A DNA stretch of 64,000 nt, from NCBI GenBank assembly GCA_963598795.1, contig CAVBUY010000003.1:31198-95197 (forward strand), written 5' to 3'. The translations under genes and the position numbers were made by a program. This document shows positions 29,153 through 35,884 of the stretch, in pieces; the stretch's first letter is position 1; the number at the start of each line of letters is the position of its first letter. A model generated the notes under the pieces. That model saw only the letters and a program-made list of their open reading frames with translations, did not search any database and was not told the origin of the DNA. This stretch comes from Alistipes shahii. GTDB taxonomy: Bacteria; Bacillota_I; Bacilli_A; RFN20; CAG-826.

Positions 29153-30529
29153 ATGAAAAGGAAGATCATGATTTTAAGCATTTTACTAATTGGTTCAATT
29201 GCTCCGACTAGTGGTTGTTCTGATAATGCTCCTTTCGATAGTTCTTCCATTAGCGACACCATTTACGTCGTTACTTTCGATTCTGGCGGCGGAACCTATG
29301 TAGATAGTCAAAATATTGCAAAAGGAGAAAAAATTAAAAAGCCAGAAGACCCCACTAAATCGGGATACACGTTCTTAGGCTGGTATGATTTAAATACCGG
29401 CGAAAAATGGTTTTTTAGTGGAGGGGTTGTGACTGAGAATATCACTCTAACCGCCAAATGGAACGCAAACAAAAACAGTTTGTCCGTTACTAGCGAAGAC
29501 AAATCCAAAGGAACCGTATCGATAGTATCTGGCGTTGGATATTCGGATGAAACGATAACTGTTACGGCCACCCCGGTTGGCGATTGCATTTTCAATAGCT
29601 GGTTTGACGGAAACGGCAAGGTCAGCGATAAAACAACTTATTCCTTTACTATGCCAACAAGCGATTACGCCTTGGTTGCTCATTTCTATACAAAAGCGGA
29701 GGTAGATGAAAAAGAAGAGGAACGTAACAAGAAATTAGGCATCATCCCCGCCATCGACGAAACAAATCACACTTTAACCTATGGCTTGTATCCCCAGACT
29801 CACGTCAATGACGATAACACCATCGCCGCCTTAGATGCCTTGGCTTCCCCGGAAAGCAACGGCTGGTATTTATACAACGACGAATATTACGCCAAAACAT
29901 CAGCGAATCCACATTATTCTAGTTATACGTTCAACGATGGCACCACAATCGTTAAAGACACGACATATTGGTTCAAATGTGAATTAATTGAATGGAAGAT
30001 CCTCTCTTCTGGCGACGGCGCGTATTCCGTCGTCTCGTCCTTATTGCTCGATACCCATCGATATAATGAATATTACGGCGGTACCAAAAATGGTTATTAC
30101 GCAAATAATTATTCAAATTCCGAGATAAGAAGCTGGCTGAACGGCGAGTTCTATTCGTCCGCGTTCGCTCTTGGTGATCGTTATATCCAAACCACAACAG
30201 TCGACAACTCGCCCTCGACGACGAATTCCCCGAGTAACAAATACGCATGCGAAAACACCGAGGACAAAGTCTATCTCCTCAGCTATCAAGATTATATGAA
30301 CGAGTTTTATTTCGTTGACAATGCATCGAGGAAGTGCGAGGTCACCGACTGGGCCAAAGCCAACAAGGCATATTGCTATGATGGTTTCGGTATCTATTGG
30401 ACCCGTTCGCCTAACTCCTACAATTCCAGCAACGCGTGGGACGTGCGCTCCGGTGGCGGCCTCGGCAGCAGCGGCGTCGGCGACTCCTACGACGGCGTCC
30501 GCCCCAGCCTTTCCTTGAAGATTTCGTAG
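29153..30529 (+). CDS. DGR target: surface lipoprotein with two Listeria-Bacteroides (Flg_new) repeats and a C-terminal variable C-type-lectin/DUF6273-like domain
   Basis: Signal peptide plus lipobox (SIAPTSGC). VTFDSGGG...GYTFLGWYD repeat signature. C-terminus YWTRSPNS...NAWDV...GVRPSLSL carries the VR. AGGGAG RBS. Confidence 0.85.
   Translation: MKRKIMILSILLIGSIAPTSGCSDNAPFDSSSISDTIYVVTFDSGGGTYVDSQNIAKGEKIKKPEDPTKSGYTFLGWYDLNTGEKWFFSGGVVTENITLTAKWNANKNSLSVTSEDKSKGTVSIVSGVGYSDETITVTATPVGDCIFNSWFDGNGKVSDKTTYSFTMPTSDYALVAHFYTKAEVDEKEEERNKKLGIIPAIDETNHTLTYGLYPQTHVNDDNTIAALDALASPESNGWYLYNDEYYAKTSANPHYSSYTFNDGTTIVKDTTYWFKCELIEWKILSSGDGAYSVVSSLLLDTHRYNEYYGGTKNGYYANNYSNSEIRSWLNGEFYSSAFALGDRYIQTTTVDNSPSTTNSPSNKYACENTEDKVYLLSYQDYMNEFYFVDNASRKCEVTDWAKANKAYCYDGFGIYWTRSPNSYNSSNAWDVRSGGGLGSSGVGDSYDGVRPSLSLKIS
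30404..30514 (+). repeat. DGR variable repeat (VR)
   Basis: 111 bp aligning without gaps to 31039-31149 (offset 635). All 19 mismatches lie opposite TR adenines. Confidence 0.9.
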
Positions 30530-30554
30530 CGAAGCGGAGAAACAATCCTCAATC

Positions 30555-30589
30555 GCCTGCCGCCAATCAAAAGCCTTCAGGCGGCAGGC
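30555..30589 (+). other. GC-rich hairpin 40 nt downstream of VR
   Basis: Perfect 10-bp stem gcctgccgcc / ggcggcaggc with a 15-nt loop and no following T-run. Confidence 0.7.
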
Positions 30590-30602
30590 TAACTTCAACG
30601 AC

Positions 30603-30998
30603 ATGAAACAGAGACTAAACGAAAGCAATGAAAGAAAAGAAACCGAATTATTGGTGTTTATGAAAGCAAAGGATTTATCCGCTTACATTTTAAGGGCAAG
30701 CGCCAAATCCCCGGTCAAATACCGATATTCGATCTTAAATTCATTGATACACGAATCGTTGGCCATCATCCAATTGTTGTATGAGGCAAACGATTTGGAC
30801 ATAAAAGACAGAAATAGGCTTATGCTCATAAATCAAGCTAACGCAAAATTGAAATTGATCGATTTCCTCTCGTCTTTGTCAACAGACGTCTTATGTTTCA
30901 CCAAGCACCAACATGAGGTGATCTTGGAAAAAATAGGTGTTTGCTCTAAGTACTTGGCGGGCTATAAAAACGTCTGCAAAAAGGCTTTGGCAATATAG
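30603..30998 (+). CDS. avd: DGR accessory variability determinant (Avd-like four-helix-bundle protein)
   Basis: 131 aa and helical, with ELLVFMKAKDLSAYIL...KYRYSILNSLIHESLAI resembling the 23S-rRNA-IVS/Avd family. Canonical position between VR and TR. Confidence 0.72.
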   Translation: MKQRLNESNERKETELLVFMKAKDLSAYILRASAKSPVKYRYSILNSLIHESLAIIQLLYEANDLDIKDRNRLMLINQANAKLKLIDFLSSLSTDVLCFTKHQHEVILEKIGVCSKYLAGYKNVCKKALAI

Positions 30999-31038
30999 GG
31001 ATTCGTTATAGGGTGCGCAATTGCGCTTGTATCGTGCA

Positions 31039-31149
31039 CGTTCGCCTAACTCCAACAATTCCAACAACGCGTGGAACGTGAACTCCGATGGCGACCTCAA
31101 CAACAACAACGTCAACAACTCCAACAACGGCGTCCGCCCCAGACTTTCC
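31039..31149 (+). repeat. DGR template repeat (TR)
   Basis: 34 adenines and 14 AAC triplets in the VR reading frame. Non-coding (the 60-aa ORF across it is an artefact). May extend 2 nt 5' to 31037. Confidence 0.9.
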
Positions 31150-31287
31150 CGAATAGGGCTTTTGCCCCTTAAGGAATCAGCCAATCAGGCGGTTGGCTCA
31201 TAAGGAAAGGGAACGATACCCCTAATCGCACTATATGCGATGAAACAAGCATAAGCGAGGAAGACCGCAAAAAGACGTTTTTCCTCC

Positions 31288-32319
31288 ATGATCCTTATGC
31301 TTTTTATTATGAATTACGAAGAAACGTTCACTTTCAATAATTTGCTAAAAGCCCATAAAAAAGTCAGGAAGGGCAAGCTTTTCAAAAGAGAGGTCATGGA
31401 ATTCGAGCTTGAGAAATCCGCCAACTTATATTCTCTCTACGAAGAACTTAATAAAGGGACTTATAAAGTCTCGCCTTATCGAACCTTCTATATCTACGAA
31501 CCGAAGAAGAGAAGAGTGGACGCCACGCCTTACAAAGACAGAATCGTCCAAAATTGCTTGGTGGATAACTATCTATACCCCTTATTGGAAAAGAGGCTCA
31601 TTTACGACAACGCCGCCTGTCGAAAGGGCAAAGGCACGGATTTCGCCAGAAAAAGGCTGAGGGAATTTTTGTTAAAGGAATATAAAAAGAACGGAACGTC
31701 GTTCTACGTTTTCATATTCGACATCCATCATTATTTCGAATCGATAGACCACGACGTTTTGAAAAAGAAGATGGAAAAATTGATAAAAGACGAGAAAATT
31801 CTATCTTTCATCTACAACATCATCGATTCTTTCAATTACGAAATGGGAAAAGGCGTTCCTTTAGGCAATCAGACCAGCCAATGCTTCGCTTTATATTATC
31901 TGGACAAATTCGACAGGATCATCAAAGAAAAATACAAAATAAAGCATTATTCGAGATATGTGGATGATGGAGTCATATTCTCTTCTGACAAAGAGATATT
32001 GATAAGACTCAAAGAAGACCTCGAAAAAGAAACAAAGAATCTAAATTTGGAATTCAATGACTCCAAGTGCGCGATATATCCGATTAAGCAAGGCGTAACT
32101 TATCTTGGATTCACCTATCGCCTTGGCGAAAACGGAAAGATAATCAGCAAGATTTCCAAAAAGAAAAAGAGAAGGCTGATGAGGCATATGAATAAACACA
32201 TGCTAGGAAAAGAGTCGCTCATTTGTTATCGAAACTACCTTAGGATGCGTTCCTCAAATGGAAGCCTCATAAATAAGATAAATCGCCTTATAAAGAGCCA
32301 AAATAATCTCTCTAATTAG
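31288..32319 (+). CDS. DGR reverse transcriptase (alternative start 31309)
   Basis: RT motifs YEPKKRRVDATPYKDRIVQ, AACRKGKG, FDIHHYFESIDH, the DGR-diagnostic PLGNQTSQCFALYYL, and catalytic YVDD. Confidence 0.9.
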   Translation: MILMLFIMNYEETFTFNNLLKAHKKVRKGKLFKREVMEFELEKSANLYSLYEELNKGTYKVSPYRTFYIYEPKKRRVDATPYKDRIVQNCLVDNYLYPLLEKRLIYDNAACRKGKGTDFARKRLREFLLKEYKKNGTSFYVFIFDIHHYFESIDHDVLKKKMEKLIKDEKILSFIYNIIDSFNYEMGKGVPLGNQTSQCFALYYLDKFDRIIKEKYKIKHYSRYVDDGVIFSSDKEILIRLKEDLEKETKNLNLEFNDSKCAIYPIKQGVTYLGFTYRLGENGKIISKISKKKKRRLMRHMNKHMLGKESLICYRNYLRMRSSNGSLINKINRLIKSQNNLSN

Positions 32320-32374
32320 TAGTTTTTTGGCTATTTGCTTGTAAAACAAGCCCTTTGCTTTCTATAATTTTCCC

Positions 32375-33841
32375 ATGGCAAACGAAATAGCGAAAAAATA
32401 CACGGACGAAATATATCTTTCCAAGTCCCAACTACAAACCGTTTTGAACACCTCTTTGGTGGATGGCTATTGGAAGGAGATAAGAAGCTATCGCGGAGGA
32501 TACGCCCATAGGCTCAACGTGAAGACCTTAAGGAAGAACTTCGAGATGGGCATAGTTCTGACCCCGATTATAGAAGGCAAGATATCCTTGCTTCAAAAGG
32601 AAATGGAAAACCTCATTTCCTCCATAAAAAAGATGAGCATGGAGGAAAAAGATGAGGCGGGACGTCTCCTTTTCTATGAGAACCTCGTTTCTTATAACAA
32701 AATAAAGGGCTTAAATATGTCCGAGGCGGCCCTTAAGCAAGTGGTTTCGGGAAGATATCGCCCATCATCCCCTTCCGACAAAGCTTTGGATTTTTATGAG
32801 GCTTTGTCATATTTTGCCTTAAAAGACGATATATTGCCCCCGAACGAAGACTTCTTGGGCGAAGCTTATTCCAAGTTGCTCAAAAGGGAATTGACTTCCT
32901 TTTACCGCACCTTAGATTTCGACGCTTCCGCCAAATTGGCCGAGCAAAGGGACGAGGATTGCCCTTATGCCCCTTTTGAGAAAATAAGCCTTTATATGGA
33001 AGACTTGTTCTCGGCGTTGGAAAACCAAGAATTCAGCCCTCTCATCCGTTCGTTATTGGCCTTGCATTATATGAACGCCGTAAAGCCGTTTCCTTCCTTT
33101 AACGAAGAATTGTCTTTGCTATTAGCTTTGGACGTATTGGCCGAAACCTATGGCAAAGAGGCTTTCTATATGCCTTTGTTTATCTTATTGGAAGACAACG
33201 AGAAGCATAGCGAAGCCTTATTGGGCGTACGAAGCGGGGATTTCACCTATTTCGTTTTATACGCTTTAGACGTATTGAAAGGCAAATTGTCCCATCTAAA
33301 AGAAGAAATAGACGAAATAATCCTTTCTTCCTTTAGAAAGGAAGCCAATTACGTTTCCAAAGAAGAGGAAAGCTATTTTAACGGCAAAGCCGAGCAAATG
33401 TCTTTCCTCGATAACCCCGAGGAATACGAAAAGAAGGAAGAGCCTCTTATTTCGGAAGTTAAGGAAGAGGCAATAAAGCCCATCTTGAAAAAGAAGGAAC
33501 TGATTAGGCCCGAAAAGGTCAACAAAACGGTGGAAAGGATAGAAGGCGAGATATCCATAAAGATGGAATCGAAGCCTTTAAGCGACAAAGAGGCGAAGGA
33601 ATATACGACCTATTTATTGGAATCCAACCCCTCTTTGAACAAAAAGCAAGCTTCTTTCCTTGCCACCCATTGCACTTTGGGGCATTATTACACCATTCAG
33701 CAATATAAGAAATTCGCCCGTTGCGCCTATGAGACGGCCAGAACCTCCATGGACAAGCTGGCGGATCAATCCTATTACGAGAAGAAACAAATTAAGAACA
33801 AATACGTCTACACCCCCATATCCACCAACGGGAAACGCTAA
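32375..33841 (+). CDS. Fic-fold-like protein with degenerate active-site motif and C-terminal winged-helix
   Basis: ALHYMNAVKPFPSFNEELSLLLA aligns to the Fic core lH...IHPFxDGNGRxxRLL, but His, Gly-Asn-Gly and both Arg are replaced. The C-terminus YETARTSMDKLADQSYYEKK...YVYTP is wHTH-like. Confidence 0.4.
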   Translation: MANEIAKKYTDEIYLSKSQLQTVLNTSLVDGYWKEIRSYRGGYAHRLNVKTLRKNFEMGIVLTPIIEGKISLLQKEMENLISSIKKMSMEEKDEAGRLLFYENLVSYNKIKGLNMSEAALKQVVSGRYRPSSPSDKALDFYEALSYFALKDDILPPNEDFLGEAYSKLLKRELTSFYRTLDFDASAKLAEQRDEDCPYAPFEKISLYMEDLFSALENQEFSPLIRSLLALHYMNAVKPFPSFNEELSLLLALDVLAETYGKEAFYMPLFILLEDNEKHSEALLGVRSGDFTYFVLYALDVLKGKLSHLKEEIDEIILSSFRKEANYVSKEEESYFNGKAEQMSFLDNPEEYEKKEEPLISEVKEEAIKPILKKKELIRPEKVNKTVERIEGEISIKMESKPLSDKEAKEYTTYLLESNPSLNKKQASFLATHCTLGHYYTIQQYKKFARCAYETARTSMDKLADQSYYEKKQIKNKYVYTPISTNGKR

Positions 33842-33853
33842 AAGGAGATAAAT

Positions 33854-34240
33854 ATGAAACCCAACATCTTGGCAGTCACCGATAATCCTATAATCTTGGT
33901 CCTTATTTTACTCGCCGTCTTCGGCGTCATAGTCTTAGGGGTCATATTGATCAAAAAATACGTCCCGGCCTTTAAAAACACCGACACCCTCAAATCCGAG
34001 AAGGAAATCGCCGAAGAAGAAGTCAACCGCTTGGTGGTGGATGTCGATGAAGGGCTAAAGAAGAAAGAAGACAAAGATAAGCCCAGTGAAGAAGAGGCTT
34101 TGCGTTACGAGATGAACCGCATCTTGGAAGACGTCCCGGAAGATAAGAAAAAAGAAGAAAAAACCGAAGAAAAGACCGAAATAGTCTTAACCAAGGAAAC
34201 CAAAGAAGAGATCGAAAAGGACAACGAGAAAGAAATCTGA
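33854..34240 (+). CDS. single-pass membrane protein with Glu/Lys-rich tail
   Basis: One TM helix (IILVLILLAVFGVIVLGVILI) then a charged low-complexity tail. AAGGAG RBS. Stop overlaps the hemW start (TGATG). Confidence 0.55.
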   Translation: MKPNILAVTDNPIILVLILLAVFGVIVLGVILIKKYVPAFKNTDTLKSEKEIAEEEVNRLVVDVDEGLKKKEDKDKPSEEEALRYEMNRILEDVPEDKKKEEKTEEKTEIVLTKETKEEIEKDNEKEI

Positions 34241-35319
34241 TGCCTTCTTCCCTTTATATCCACATCCCATTTTGCAAGAAAATCTGCTCTTATTGCGATT
34301 TTCCCAAAGTCCTTTACGCCCAAGACTGGGCGTTTTCTTACGTTAAAGACCTAATAAAGGACGTAAAGGCCTTAAAGGGGAAATACCAAACAATCTATGT
34401 CGGAGGGGGAACCCCTACCGCGTTGAGCTTAAATTTGCTTGATGAACTATTGTCCGCTTTAAAGGAAAAGTTAGAACCTAATGGGGAATTTTCCATCGAA
34501 TCTAATCCTGAGACCATCAATGAATCAACACTCTCTATATTAAAGAAAAACGGGATAAACCGCTTATCAATCGGAGTTCAAACCTCATCAAATAAGTGGC
34601 TCGATTATTTAGGAAGAACCCATACCTTTAAAAAAGGGAAAGACGCGGTGGAACTAGCCAAAAAAATTGGTTTTTCGAACATAAATGTCGACATGATGTA
34701 TGGCTTTGAAGGACAAACGAAAAAGGAACTCGAAGAAGATTTGGACAATTTCCTTTCTTTGAGTGTTCCCCATATATCTTGCTATGGATTGATAATCGAA
34801 GATGGGACGATATTAAAGAATGAGAACGCCAAGGAAGACGAGGATCTTCAAGGCGAATTTTACGAGATCATCGTCTCTTTCTTTAGAAAACACGGGTATA
34901 AGCGTTACGAAGTATCGAACTTCGCCTTAAAGGGATATGAATGCAAACACAACCTCACTTATTGGAAAGACGAAGAATATGACGCCTTGGGCTTGGGCTC
35001 TTCTGGATACAAAGACAATATCCGTTATACCTATACAAAAAGCCTTTCTTCGTATTTGAAGGAAAAGAAAAAAGAATACGAAGAAAAAATAAATAACAAA
35101 GAGGATGTCAAATATTTCCTCACCACGAACTTAAGGCTGGAAGATGGCTTTGAATTAGAGACGTTTACAAAGAGATTTGGCTTTTCTTTTACGGACCGTT
35201 ATAAAAAGGAAATCGACAAGCTTAAAAAAGAAGGCCTGCTTTGCCTTAATTCGACGAGGTGCAAAGCCTCGGACAAAGGAATGATTTTGTTGGACAGGGT
35301 CCTACTTGAGTTTTATTGA
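34240..35319 (+). CDS. hemW: radical SAM heme chaperone HemW (HemN-like)
   Basis: CxxxCxxC (CKKICSYCDF), GGGTP, and the position upstream of hrcA as in Bacilli. Confidence 0.88.
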   Translation: MPSSLYIHIPFCKKICSYCDFPKVLYAQDWAFSYVKDLIKDVKALKGKYQTIYVGGGTPTALSLNLLDELLSALKEKLEPNGEFSIESNPETINESTLSILKKNGINRLSIGVQTSSNKWLDYLGRTHTFKKGKDAVELAKKIGFSNINVDMMYGFEGQTKKELEEDLDNFLSLSVPHISCYGLIIEDGTILKNENAKEDEDLQGEFYEIIVSFFRKHGYKRYEVSNFALKGYECKHNLTYWKDEEYDALGLGSSGYKDNIRYTYTKSLSSYLKEKKKEYEEKINNKEDVKYFLTTNLRLEDGFELETFTKRFGFSFTDRYKKEIDKLKKEGLLCLNSTRCKASDKGMILLDRVLLEFY

Positions 35320-35326
35320 TTGAAGT

Positions 35327-35368
35327 CTATCTACAAAAAAGGTTGGAACCAACCAAATTTGTAGATAG
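35327..35368. other. 42-nt near-perfect palindrome just after hemW
   Basis: ctatctacaaa-aaa-ggttgg-aa-ccaacc-aaa-tttgtagatag. No U-tract follows. Confidence 0.7.
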
Positions 35369-35599
35369 TGGTCTATTTCAAATGATATTAGACACAGTGC
35401 CCGCTAAACAAAAAGCACCTTGCCTGCGATAAGGTTGAACATAAATAGAAGGTAAGATGTGGAGACATTGTGGCACGCTAGTGGAAAAAAGTGACTCCCC
35501 GCGATTTTTCGACGATGATCAGCGTCGTAAATAGAATCGAATGGAACGGATGGCTGCAAAGAACATTGAGCATAACAACAAGGTCAAGAGATTGCTTAG

Positions 35600-35824
35600 G
35601 ATAGACTGGGAAAATTCTACAGAACCCTCAATTTCTATTCCCTCAAAGACTTGAGGGAGCAAGGCAAAAGATGGGTGGCCAGATACAATAAAACGCCGAG
35701 AAGCGTGCTTGATTTGAAGAGTCTAAATGAAATTGAGATTGAAAAGCTTGAGAAGCTGATGCATGAAACTGGGGAAGTGAGATGCCTGAAGCTTCTTAAA
35801 TGTTTCACATCATTCGACAACTAA
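35600..35824 (+). pseudogene. C-terminal remnant of a DDE (rve/integrase-core) transposase
   Basis: The frame gives ...LREQGKRWVARYNKTPRSVLDLKSLNEIE..., matching the W..YN..RP...L...TP.E tail of IS3/IS30-type enzymes. An in-frame stop lies at 35597-35599 and there is no N-terminal part. Confidence 0.4.
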
Positions 35825-35884
35825 CACATGCCAGTTGTATGCATTTTGTAGACAACTGAAATAGGCCAGGGTATCATCTTCGTG

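Noticed and set aside
30113-30628. 171-aa minus-strand ORF and the 67-aa plus-strand ORF (30315..30518) over the end of the target gene
   Set aside because: These are open frames created by the locally GC-rich, stop-poor VR region. They overlap a well-supported lipoprotein gene, have no start signals and match no recognisable family.
31021-31203. 60-aa ORF rich in Asn (…SPNSNNSNNAWNVNSDGDLNNNNVNNSNNGVRP…)
   Set aside because: It is simply the translation of the DGR template repeat. It has no RBS, and its Asn richness reflects the AAC codons of TR. TR functions as RNA.
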